Shown here: in pieces, positions 27,262-36,341 of the stretch
Layout: every line of letters starts with the position of its first letter
Numbering within the stretch: the first letter of the stretch is position 1
Source: Candidatus Hodarchaeota archaeon
GTDB taxonomy: Archaea > Asgardarchaeota > Heimdallarchaeia > Hodarchaeales > Hodarchaeaceae
Length of the DNA stretch: 45,976 nucleotides
Reading direction: 5' to 3'
Assembly (NCBI GenBank): GCA_029856365.1
Contig: JAHQWW010000022.1
Location: 1 to 45,976, forward strand
Notes under the pieces: model-generated
Told to the model about the DNA's origin: nothing
The model's database searches: none
The model's input: only the letters and a program-made list of their open reading frames with translations
Position numbers and translations under genes: made by a program

Positions 27262-27734
27262 ACTTATTTTATGGAATAGTATTAGTATTGTTAATCATTA
27301 TTACTTCTCGAACCATAAACATGTACAGAATGAAGTACATAAAATTAGTTACTTATCACTTTGAAAAAGCAAAAACGGAGTATATTGAACCTCCGAGGCC
27401 ATATAGCAAATCTTACAATGAATTACTTCGACTCTTAACAAGTGTACATTCAAGAAAACAGAAAGAATTGATTGTAATGTTATCACAATTAATAAAGGAT
27501 TATGCAGAACTTACAGGACAAATGGACAATATAATGCGTAATAAAAACCTTATTCTTCTTATTAACGAACCCAAAGCGTGGTATCGCCATTACAGTCAAG
27601 AGATGGCTCTCATTACCCATTCTGGTGTATTTCATAAAAAAGATCCTTCTGAAATTTTTTATCAGAAATTTATCGAAATTTTAACAGAAGTTCAACAAGT
27701 GCTTGGAATCCCATTGATTTCCAAAATGGAGTGA
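27258..27734 (+). CDS. Hypothetical membrane-anchored protein (MoxR operon)
   Basis: N-terminal TM helix, with 4-nt start/stop overlaps to both neighbours. Confidence 0.7.
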   Translation: MNLFYGIVLVLLIIITSRTINMYRMKYIKLVTYHFEKAKTEYIEPPRPYSKSYNELLRLLTSVHSRKQKELIVMLSQLIKDYAELTGQMDNIMRNKNLILLINEPKAWYRHYSQEMALITHSGVFHKKDPSEIFYQKFIEILTEVQQVLGIPLISKME

Positions 27735-28702
27735 TGGCTATTATGAACGTTGAGGAAACTTCAGAACTATGTGTGAAAGTTTTAGATGAAGTTAATAAAC
27801 ATATTATTGGTAAAAGAGAAACACTCCGTTATGTTATGTTGGCGTTTCTCGCCGATGGGCATATTCTTTTCGAGGATTATCCTGGTCTAGCGAAAACTAT
27901 GATTTGTCGATCATTCTCAACAGTACTAGGCTGTGATTTCAAACGTATTCAATTTACTCCTGACCTCTTACCTCAAGATATTGTTGGATCAGAGATTTAC
28001 AACCAAAAGATATCTGACTTCGAATTTAAAGCAGGACCAGTTTTTGCAGATATTATTCTGGCAGATGAAATTAATCGAGCAACTCCCAAAACTCAAAGTG
28101 CTTTATTAGAAGCTATGGGGGAATATCAAATAACAGTAGGAGGTATAACTTATCAGCTAGTTGGCAAAAGCAAACCCTTTCTGGTTGTAGCTACCCAAAA
28201 TCCATTGGAACTTGAAGGAACCTTTGCATTACCAGAAGCTCAAATCGATAGATTTCTAGCAAGGATTAGGATTGGTTATCCCTCAAAAGAAGCGGAAAGA
28301 ATCATTCTCTCAAATCGGATCAATCGAAAGAAAAAAGATTTTGATGTATCTCAAGTGATAGATCGGGGTACATTTTGGGAAATGCAACGTTCAGTCGAGA
28401 CCGTTTATGTTTCTGACGAAATCAAAGAATATATTGTAGAAATTGTACAAAAAACTCGTGATCTCCCTCAAGTAAAAGTAGGGTCTTCCCCAAGAGGATC
28501 ATTAGATTTAATGGCGTTGTCAAGGGCAAACGCAGCGCTAAATGGGCGAGACTTTGTGATTCCACAAGATACCAAGGAGCTTGCGCCTATTGCATTAGCT
28601 CATAGGTTGATTCTCGAAATAAGCTCTTGGTTATCAGGAACTTCATCGGAACTCCTCATCAAAACAGCCTTGGATCAGATCAAGACACCTCGTCGTGAAT
28701 AA
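27731..28702 (+). CDS. moxR: MoxR family AAA+ ATPase
   Basis: EDYPGLAKT, RIQFTPDLLPQD, LADEINRATPKTQSALLEAM, ATQNP, LPEAQIDRF and SPRG. Confidence 0.95.
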   Translation: MMAIMNVEETSELCVKVLDEVNKHIIGKRETLRYVMLAFLADGHILFEDYPGLAKTMICRSFSTVLGCDFKRIQFTPDLLPQDIVGSEIYNQKISDFEFKAGPVFADIILADEINRATPKTQSALLEAMGEYQITVGGITYQLVGKSKPFLVVATQNPLELEGTFALPEAQIDRFLARIRIGYPSKEAERIILSNRINRKKKDFDVSQVIDRGTFWEMQRSVETVYVSDEIKEYIVEIVQKTRDLPQVKVGSSPRGSLDLMALSRANAALNGRDFVIPQDTKELAPIALAHRLILEISSWLSGTSSELLIKTALDQIKTPRRE

Positions 28703-28755
28703 ATAAGATAAGTGTCTCAATTAGGTCATGATATTACATCTTAGGAGAATTTTTT

Positions 28756-30021
28756 TTGAGAAAAAAGTATAAGTTCGAAGTTCTTCTTGATTTAGCATTA
28801 ATACTCTTAATATCAGCTATTATCTTTCAGTGGTGGCTTGTTGCTGGAATAATCCTTCCAATTCTTATTATTTTCTTTTTCTCGCTTACTCCAGAAGAAA
28901 TTGACCTCAAAAATGTTGTTATTAATAGGTGGGTCTCACGAAATAAAACCGAGGAGAAAGGTGAGCTTATTTATGTAAGGTTAACCGTTGAAAATAAAGG
29001 AAAACGTGTTCCTATCCTAGAAATCCTTGATTTAATACCTGAGGAGTGTACAATAAATGAAGGATCGAATCATTGGCTCCTAGAGCTTAATGAAGGAGAT
29101 GTAATTACTTTCTCATATGCAATCCAGTGTCATCGTCGAGGGCGTTATGATCTTGGGCCTGTGTTATTAGCTGGATCTGATCCTTTTTATTTCCGATCTG
29201 AATCGAGAAAATACTCTGTTTTCAATTCATTTGATGTGGTTCCACCGCTAATCAAGCTGAAATATTTACCAATTCATCGGCAACGTTTGTTACCAGAAAC
29301 AGGTTACATCCCTAGTCTGATCTACAAGGGTAGGGATTTCGATTTTCAAGGAGTACGTGATTACCAAGAGGGTGACGAGGTGAGAGCAATAAACTGGAGA
29401 GTCACAGCTAAATTTAACAGGTTAGCAACTAATGAATACGCCCTAGATCAATCAGCTCGTGTGTTTGTAATTCTTGACCATACTGACTCAACGATCCGTG
29501 TGCTTGAAGAGAGTGTAAAAGCTGCATTAGCCACTTCAGAGTATCTTATATCTAACCGGAATAAAATTGGATTTTATGGAATAGGGGAATTTGTCAATGA
29601 AATTCCTACAGCGCCAGGTAAACGCCAGCTTCTCCGAATAAACGAATTTCTCATTGATGTTGAGGGTGCTTATCCTCTTTATGAGGAAACATTGTATTTA
29701 AGATTAACTAAAAGACTCCTACCATCCTTACCACCTTTTTCTCAAATTTTTTTCATTAGTCCGCTTTATAATCGTATTATTGTAGAATTTCTTCACGAAT
29801 TAGTTAAAAGGAATCATGAAATTACATTGATTCAGCCGAAGCTTGAAAATGATATTGAGGGAGAACCTGATTCTTCAGAGGCTTCCCGAATTGTAAATGC
29901 CCTCTTATCTCTCGATCGAGGTTTTACGATGAAAAAAGTAACTCAAATGGGAATTACACAGATACCTTGGTATATGTATGGACCCAAATATGAATCAATC
30001 AGAATGAGGCGCATAAAATGA
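28756..30021 (+). CDS. DUF58 domain protein (vWA-like MoxR partner)
   Basis: RRGRY, FQGVRDYQEGD..R.INWRVTAK and VILD. Confidence 0.9.
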   Translation: MRKKYKFEVLLDLALILLISAIIFQWWLVAGIILPILIIFFFSLTPEEIDLKNVVINRWVSRNKTEEKGELIYVRLTVENKGKRVPILEILDLIPEECTINEGSNHWLLELNEGDVITFSYAIQCHRRGRYDLGPVLLAGSDPFYFRSESRKYSVFNSFDVVPPLIKLKYLPIHRQRLLPETGYIPSLIYKGRDFDFQGVRDYQEGDEVRAINWRVTAKFNRLATNEYALDQSARVFVILDHTDSTIRVLEESVKAALATSEYLISNRNKIGFYGIGEFVNEIPTAPGKRQLLRINEFLIDVEGAYPLYEETLYLRLTKRLLPSLPPFSQIFFISPLYNRIIVEFLHELVKRNHEITLIQPKLENDIEGEPDSSEASRIVNALLSLDRGFTMKKVTQMGITQIPWYMYGPKYESIRMRRIK

Positions 30022-30617
30022 AAATGCAACAGATAATTTGGAGTCTTCAAATTATAATGATGTCCAGTTTCCTCATTTTTTCATTTATCCCTCTCTTAAG
30101 GCTTATTATTCCTTTATTTTCCTATTATCTGATAATATTTTTCATTTCTATTTTTTTACTATCGATACTCGGATTTATAGCCCTTTTTGGAATTTTAACC
30201 TTGAAATTAGATTTTAGAAACTTTGTTACCTTGTTATTTTCGTGTGGAATTCTTTTTTATATTGAAAATCCATATTTACTCGCTCTTGCTGTTATTATAA
30301 CATGGATGTTCCATGAAATGTGGTTTATTTCTTTTAAATATCACCAACTTGATAAAGAATATTCAACTTATCCTCCAGATAGTATAGAAAGACAAAAACT
30401 TCTAAAAATTTTTCAAATGCATTTAAATTCTTTTATTCTCCTCGCATGGATTGTCTTAGCAATTTCGTGGGGTATTTTGTTAATAGCAAATAATTTCTAT
30501 ATCGAACTAGGGACTGGAGAGTATGGAACCTTAGGAATTGCCATCTCTGTGGCGATTATTCTTTTAATCTACCTAGTACAGAAATATGTCCGCTCTTCAA
30601 CCAAGAATTTTGTCTGA
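30018..30617 (+). CDS. Hypothetical polytopic membrane protein (MoxR operon)
   Basis: About 6 TM helices and a 4-nt overlap with DUF58. The 3' end overlaps convergent pncA by 21 nt. Confidence 0.75.
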   Translation: MKMQQIIWSLQIIMMSSFLIFSFIPLLRLIIPLFSYYLIIFFISIFLLSILGFIALFGILTLKLDFRNFVTLLFSCGILFYIENPYLLALAVIITWMFHEMWFISFKYHQLDKEYSTYPPDSIERQKLLKIFQMHLNSFILLAWIVLAISWGILLIANNFYIELGTGEYGTLGIAISVAIILLIYLVQKYVRSSTKNFV

Positions 30618-31274
30618 AGTAATGAAGATTATCTTCTTCTCGGTCATATTCTTGAGAGTATTAGACACGCTGCCCTCTGGAGTATTTACAGCTTTCGTTT
30701 GATCAAGAACAACAACAACATCGAATCCAAATTCCTTAGCATCAATAGCAGTAAAATAAACACAATAATCCAATGCTAATCCACATATAAAGACTCTTTC
30801 AATTCCTAAAGTTTGTAAAAAAGTAGCTAATCCTGTCTCAGTAGTTCTGTCATTTTCTAGAAAAGCAGAATAGGAATCAATACTCTTATGGAAACCCTTC
30901 CGCAGAATTAGAGTTGCTTTAGCAGCCTGTAATCCAGGTACAAAGTTAGCGCCATGAGTTCCTTGAACACAATGATCTGGCCACAATACTGGACCTATAC
31001 CTTGTGCTTCTAAGGGATCATAAGGATTTTTACCAGGATGAGTACTAGCAAAAGAATGATGGCCTATAGGGTGCCAATCCTGTGTAAAAACAATGGGATT
31101 TTCAGTTTGATGAAATCTATCTGTAAGGTTGTTAATACCAGGAATAATTTGATCACCATCAGCTACAGGTAATGCTCCACCTGGTAAAAAATCATTCTGC
31201 ATATCAATGACGAGTAAGGCGTCTTTACTTGTAATCTTAACAAATCCAGCAAGTTCAACATCTTCAATCTGCAT
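30597..31274 (-). CDS. pncA: Nicotinamidase/pyrazinamidase
   Basis: IDMQNDFLPGGAL, TQDWHP, LWPDHCVQGT, RKG..DSYSAF and GLALDYCV. Confidence 0.95.
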   Translation of the reverse strand: MQIEDVELAGFVKITSKDALLVIDMQNDFLPGGALPVADGDQIIPGINNLTDRFHQTENPIVFTQDWHPIGHHSFASTHPGKNPYDPLEAQGIGPVLWPDHCVQGTHGANFVPGLQAAKATLILRKGFHKSIDSYSAFLENDRTTETGLATFLQTLGIERVFICGLALDYCVYFTAIDAKEFGFDVVVVLDQTKAVNTPEGSVSNTLKNMTEKKIIFITSDKILG

Positions 31275-31404
31275 TCTGTATCACGACTTTATATGTAGTC
31301 ATTCTATAATACATATTCAATTAGTTTAAGATCTCTTTTTCTCTAAATGTTCAAGTAATTTTTATAATAATTGACTTAAATAATTGTACCATATTTCATT
31401 TGTA

Positions 31405-31425
31405 TTTGAGTATTTTGTACTCGAG
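31405..31425. promoter_or_regulatory. Candidate NrtR-like operator in the pncA/pncB divergon
   Basis: TTTGAGTATTTTGTACTCGAG contains the GAGTA-N5-TACTC palindrome, i.e. a GT-N7-AC core, about 50 nt upstream of pncB. Confidence 0.45.
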
Positions 31426-31474
31426 TATCGAAAATTGAAAATTAATATTTTATTTCAATTGAAGATGATAATCG

Positions 31475-32947
31475 ATGTTCTACGAAAAAGATCGGGCTTT
31501 ATTTACAGATTTGTATCAATTGACAATGAGTCAAGGGTATTTTGACTTGGATATTAGAAAAGATGCAACTTTTGATCTTTTTTTCAGATCAAATCCTTTC
31601 AACGGGGGTTATACCATTGCATGTGGGATTCCCCTCGCCCTAGAATATCTTTCGAACTTTAAATTCACAGAAAACGATATCACTTATCTAAAAGAACAGA
31701 AAATGTTTTCGGAAGAATTTTTAGAGCATTTGTTGAAGCTTAGATTTACAGGAAAAGTCGAAGGTGTAAAAGAAGGATCTGTAATATTCCCATATACTCC
31801 GATAATATCTGTCACTGGCCCAATCATCGAAACACAACTAATAGAAACAGCATTACTTAATATTATTAATTATTCAAGCTTGATTGCTACTAAAGCAGCA
31901 CGTATAGTAAATGCAGCAAGAAATGGAAAAATTATTGAATTTGGATTAAGAAGAGCCCAAGGGGATAGTGCTTACATTGGGGTTCGTGCAGCTCTTATTG
32001 GGGGGTGTATTGGAACATCATTTGTACAAGGAGGGAAAATTTGGGAGTGTCCAATAGTAGGAACTCAGGCTCATTCTTGGGTTCAAGCGTTTGATTCAGA
32101 ATTAGAATCCTTTAGATCATATGCAGAAATATTCCCTGATAAATGCTTACTCTTAATTGACACTTATGATGTATTAAAATCAGGCCTCCCTCATGCTATT
32201 GAGGTGGCAAAACAGCTTCAAGAGAGAGGGAAACAAATATTGGGTGTCAGAATTGACTCCGGTGACTTGGCTTATCTTTCTGTTGAAGTTTATCGTGAGT
32301 TCAAAAGAGCAGGAATTCCTAATATTAGTATCGTGCTTTCGAATGAACTTGATGAATTCACCATTAATTCCATTGTACACCAAATCATCGAGAGAGGGAA
32401 TAATGATAAAAAAGAAAAAAAGCTCTGTAAGGAGACCATTTCTCGATTGACTTATGGTGTTGGTACAAAATTAATAACAGGAGGGCACCAAAGCGCATTA
32501 GGAGGAGTTTACAAGCTCGTGGCTTTAGATAGAGAACCTAGAATTAAAGTAAGCGAAAATGTTACCAAAACTATAAATCCAGGTGTCAAAAAGGTTTGGA
32601 GAATTATGGATGATGGAAAGTTTCTTGTAGATGTAATTGGTTTAGATGAAGAAAAGGAACCATCTTCAGGTGATAGGATCCATCACCCAATTGAACATAT
32701 GAAGAAATATCAACTACCAGAGGATATAATCGTAGAATCTCTTCACTATGAAATTATGAAAGATGGTAGAGTATTAGCAGATGAAAACCCTTCTAGCTGG
32801 AAAGCAGCTCAAGCCTTTTGTAAAAAGCAATTACGTTGTCTAGACTCAACATACAAACGATTGTTAAATCCCCACATCTATAAAGTTAGTTTAACAAAGA
32901 ATCTCTTTAATTTAAAGGTAGATATGATAAAAAAATTCTCTCAGTAA
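31475..32947 (+). CDS. pncB: Nicotinate phosphoribosyltransferase
   Basis: LFTDLYQLTM, EFGLRRAQG, GTQAHSW, LIDTYD, RIDSGDL and LGGVYKL. Confidence 0.96.
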   Translation: MFYEKDRALFTDLYQLTMSQGYFDLDIRKDATFDLFFRSNPFNGGYTIACGIPLALEYLSNFKFTENDITYLKEQKMFSEEFLEHLLKLRFTGKVEGVKEGSVIFPYTPIISVTGPIIETQLIETALLNIINYSSLIATKAARIVNAARNGKIIEFGLRRAQGDSAYIGVRAALIGGCIGTSFVQGGKIWECPIVGTQAHSWVQAFDSELESFRSYAEIFPDKCLLLIDTYDVLKSGLPHAIEVAKQLQERGKQILGVRIDSGDLAYLSVEVYREFKRAGIPNISIVLSNELDEFTINSIVHQIIERGNNDKKEKKLCKETISRLTYGVGTKLITGGHQSALGGVYKLVALDREPRIKVSENVTKTINPGVKKVWRIMDDGKFLVDVIGLDEEKEPSSGDRIHHPIEHMKKYQLPEDIIVESLHYEIMKDGRVLADENPSSWKAAQAFCKKQLRCLDSTYKRLLNPHIYKVSLTKNLFNLKVDMIKKFSQ

Positions 32948-33274
32948 TATAATCATCCACAAAAGCACTTAACAAGAGATAAATAGCACCTTCAATCCTT
33001 GGAATTACCTCCAAGCTTATTAATTAAATACTTGAAAAAAATAAAATGACACAGCATTAATTTGAATATAAATATATATTAGAACCAGATTATTTTATAT
33101 ACAAGATTTAGACCTTAATGTACGTTCCAAATAAGCACAACGATTGTAGTGTTTAGTTTATTCGATCTTTAAAAGGTTATAAAATAGCTCTCTTTGCAAT
33201 GAAAGAAAATAAGTTAATAACACATCTAACCAAAGGAGAGATCGTAAGAGATTATCGAATCAGAGGGTTACATT

Positions 33275-33829
33275 GTGCCATTGTACAAAATTTGCTTACT
33301 AGGAGACGGAGGAGTAGGAAAAACATCTCTGAGAGAACGGTTTTTGGGAAAAGGTTTTCAATCAGGATATATTCTAACAATTGGTGCAGACTTTGCAGTT
33401 CAAAATCTTGAGATCGATGGAATGCAATACAAATTTCAAATTTGGGATTTAGCTGGACAACAACGATTTGAAGCCGTAAGAGCTCTTTATTATAAAGGAT
33501 CACATGGAGCAATACTAGTCTTTGACCGAACTCGGCCTGAATCTCTCTATAATCTCGGAAATTGGAAAAGAGAGCTATTCACGAATGTTGGTCGTCAAAT
33601 TCCATACATAATTTTAGGAAACAAAAGTGATTTGCCAAATGCAATCAACCAGGAAGAGTTAACAAGTTTCGTTGGAAAATCTCAACAAGAAATATCGGAT
33701 ATATCTTTTCAGATTTCCTATCTTAATACATCAGCCAAGTCTGGTTTAAACGTAACAGAAGCATTCACGCACTTAGGCCGGACAATAAAAGGATATATTG
33801 AAATATACAAATCTCAAACAGGGAGATAA
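33275..33829 (+). CDS. Rab-like small GTPase
   Basis: GDGGVGKT, TIGADF, WDLAGQQRF, GNKSD and NTSAK. GTG start with GAGGG SD. No prenylation motif. Confidence 0.95.
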   Translation: MPLYKICLLGDGGVGKTSLRERFLGKGFQSGYILTIGADFAVQNLEIDGMQYKFQIWDLAGQQRFEAVRALYYKGSHGAILVFDRTRPESLYNLGNWKRELFTNVGRQIPYIILGNKSDLPNAINQEELTSFVGKSQQEISDISFQISYLNTSAKSGLNVTEAFTHLGRTIKGYIEIYKSQTGR

Positions 33830-33846
33830 TGGATTAAAATTGCATT

Positions 33847-34668
33847 CTACTGGAAGAATTCCTTTATAAAAGAATAAATTTCACTGGGTGTCTGCAGAAC
33901 AGTTAGTTCAGAGCTTAGATTCAGAATATTTTTCGAGTCAACTTCGCGAATTATTACTTCGATCTGATTTCCCGAGGAAAACACATCAGGATATTTTTTC
34001 ACACATACCTGACAGCCTACACAGAACTGTGGTAAAAATTGTACTTGATTAGTAGATGTTCTTTTCAGAGCGTTAAATTCACAGACATCTATATTAATCT
34101 GATCAGTTGAGGCGGGTTTTATTTGTTGTATTGGTAATTTTGTCTTAATTTTTTGTGATATAGCATCTGTTGGTAAAATTCCAACTTTTTTTCCAGATTT
34201 TAACCCACTAGACACCAAATTGGAGATTAAGGAATCTGTTATACCTAAAGCCAATTTTGCTGCTGTATTGGCTGTCAAAGGGCATGCAATGATACATTTG
34301 GCTTCGCTGTTGGCAAGACTCATCGCAATTGAAAAAGTAGGATCTTTAGATATGGTTGAATACGAAAGATCAGCTTTTTGAAGTATTTTTTTAATATTAT
34401 ATTGAGCTACACTATTCTCAAAAATAAAGTGGAGATAGTCTTTTCTCACGTTGGAATGCATTAAATTCCAGAAAAATCCATATCTATTTGCTACAAGAGC
34501 TCCAGCGTTGGAGAAAACAAAACTGATCGGAATAGATTCGTGATTTACTTTCTTTATCTGTTCAAGGATTTCTTCGAAAAAATGGCCTCCACCAGTGAAA
34601 CACCACAAAACAAAGGGAGTAGACCGATTAGTCAAAAAAGGAGGAGGAGAACTCAATGGATTTACCAT
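33847..34668 (-). CDS. Archaeal flavoprotein with Fe-S domain (AfpA / dihydromethanopterin reductase DmrX-like)
   Basis: WCFTGGGHF, CPLTANTAAKLALGITDSLISN, ILPTD, CVGCQVC and REVD..N. Confidence 0.75.
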   Translation of the reverse strand: MVNPLSSPPPFLTNRSTPFVLWCFTGGGHFFEEILEQIKKVNHESIPISFVFSNAGALVANRYGFFWNLMHSNVRKDYLHFIFENSVAQYNIKKILQKADLSYSTISKDPTFSIAMSLANSEAKCIIACPLTANTAAKLALGITDSLISNLVSSGLKSGKKVGILPTDAISQKIKTKLPIQQIKPASTDQINIDVCEFNALKRTSTNQVQFLPQFCVGCQVCVKKYPDVFSSGNQIEVIIREVDSKNILNLSSELTVLQTPSEIYSFIKEFFQ

Positions 34669-34692
34669 TCAGCTTATTTCTAAGCATGTAGA

Positions 34693-35529
34693 TTAGCCTT
34701 TTTCCTCGACTCTTTCAACTTGGCAGTCAGGGCCGAGTTTAACTGTCTTGCCACTAACATAACGAGCAGTAACCCCTTCAAGGTAAACATCACCTTCAGC
34801 AAAGATCTGTTCAACTTGGAGGTGGCCACGACCACTACCTTGCTCAATTTGAACGTCTCCACTGCAAAGTAAATCCCCGCCAATGTTACACTTCGAGTTT
34901 AACTCAGAGGAAAATGATTCTTGGCATTCAACATTTTTTTCAATTTTATACGATCCATTAAGTACAGCACTGACACATAGAATTGCACCCGCTACGCTTA
35001 ATGACCCACTTGATACTACATGACCTCCTTTGATGTCTGCTTCAATTTTACCTGAACCTGAGATGGTTAATTTTTCATGTGCAATTAAATAACCATCTAT
35101 CTTACATGATCCAGAACTGGCAAAAATAGTAGTTTCAAGAGGACCATCAGCCTTAATTGAACCTGAAGCTTTTAAGGTGTGCGTTTCTAAACCTCCTGGC
35201 AATGATGCAGATCCACTGACCTTAATCTCATCATCAGATATTTTTCCAGATCCAGAAATGGAAATGGATCCTCCCCTCCAGCCATCAATTCGTCCAGAGC
35301 CGGAAATTTTGATGTGTGAATCAGTTACCTTCCCTGAGCCAGAAATACTGATGTATGACAGATTCTTTAGAAAACTCTTCTCTTTAGCAAGACTGATCTC
35401 TTCGTCCAGTTGAGCCTCATATTTTGTTTTCAAATTGTCATATTCCTCTTGAGAAATCTCCTCATTCTTGAGACGAATATCCAATGATCTTATCAAGACT
35501 TTTAGGTCTTCTATTTCTCTGTTAGACAT
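34693..35529 (-). CDS. Bactofilin-like (polymer-forming cytoskeletal) beta-helix protein with N-terminal SHOCT-like helical domain
   Basis: Repeated ISISGSGK / KVSGSA / ASGSIKADG / SSGSLSVAG units, and C-terminal A.GDVYLE..TARYVSGKTVKLGPDC.V..VE as in Bacillus YhbE/F-type proteins. ATG 35529 with AAGTGA SD. Confidence 0.72.
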   Translation of the reverse strand: MSNREIEDLKVLIRSLDIRLKNEEISQEEYDNLKTKYEAQLDEEISLAKEKSFLKNLSYISISGSGKVTDSHIKISGSGRIDGWRGGSISISGSGKISDDEIKVSGSASLPGGLETHTLKASGSIKADGPLETTIFASSGSCKIDGYLIAHEKLTISGSGKIEADIKGGHVVSSGSLSVAGAILCVSAVLNGSYKIEKNVECQESFSSELNSKCNIGGDLLCSGDVQIEQGSGRGHLQVEQIFAEGDVYLEGVTARYVSGKTVKLGPDCQVERVEEKG

Positions 35530-35554
35530 TAATATCACTTTTTAAAAGGACTTG

Positions 35555-35577
35555 TGAATTTCTATGAAAAATTCATA
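35555..35577. promoter_or_regulatory. Overlapping palindromes upstream of the bactofilin-like gene (candidate operator)
   Basis: TGAATTT-N7-AAATTCA (35555-35575) and TATGAA-N3-TTCATA (35563-35577), in the divergent region shared with the ArsR gene. AT-rich, so could be chance. Confidence 0.3.
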
Positions 35578-35829
35578 TAATAATTTAATTTTGAATGAAA
35601 CAAATCTTCGACTAGTTAAATAATATTCTAAAAACTAAGGTTTAAGGACGAAGCCGCCGAGTTATTGAATATAACCAGGGGGTTTAATTAGGATAACAAT
35701 AATATCTCTGAGTTATTTGATTTAGTCCAAGCGATTATTTACATTATATCCAGTGATTTTTAAAAACATAATCGGATTATTTAGTAAACAAACTTTATGA
35801 GCATCTAAATCCCTTATGAGGATAGATAA

Positions 35830-36324
35830 ATGATTAAGAAGCTAGAAAAAAGAGTTGGATCTCTACATAGGCTTCTTGCCGATCCCACAAGACGAAAAAT
35901 TCTCAAATTAATTTCAACCAAGCCACTAAACCCCCAAGAACTCGCCACAAAGCTAAGCATCTCAAGACCAGCAGTAGAAAAACATTTAAAACTCCTTTTG
36001 TCAAATTATCTTTGTGAACGAACTGTTGATCCTTTTCCCACACCGCATTACGTTTATTACATCTCCGATCCAGGTGTTGAGTTGATTGAGGTCATCACCT
36101 CTGCTGCCATAACGTTTTTTCAATCCATAGATGGAATCGTGAATGCAGAAATTGAACAACTTGAACGAGATTTTGTCTTAGGACGAATTAACAGAGCAGA
36201 GTACGATACAAGAAAACCATTACTTATTAAAAAACAGAAAGAACTAGGAGAGCTCCAACTTACACGTATTTGGCTAGAGGAAGCAAAGAAGTTAGTTAGT
36301 GAATATAGCGAAGAAAATGAATAG
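35830..36324 (+). CDS. ArsR-family winged-HTH regulator with C-terminal SHOCT-like extension
   Basis: LADPTRRKILKLI...ELATKLSISRPAVEKHLKLL, then LERDFVLGRINRAEYDTRK. Confidence 0.88.
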   Translation: MIKKLEKRVGSLHRLLADPTRRKILKLISTKPLNPQELATKLSISRPAVEKHLKLLLSNYLCERTVDPFPTPHYVYYISDPGVELIEVITSAAITFFQSIDGIVNAEIEQLERDFVLGRINRAEYDTRKPLLIKKQKELGELQLTRIWLEEAKKLVSEYSEENE

Positions 36325-36341
36325 TTAGATTTTATCTTGTG

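Noticed and set aside
33199-33512. ORFs 33199..33411(+) and 33252..33512(-)
   Set aside because: Shadow frames overlapping the Rab-like GTPase, with no motifs.
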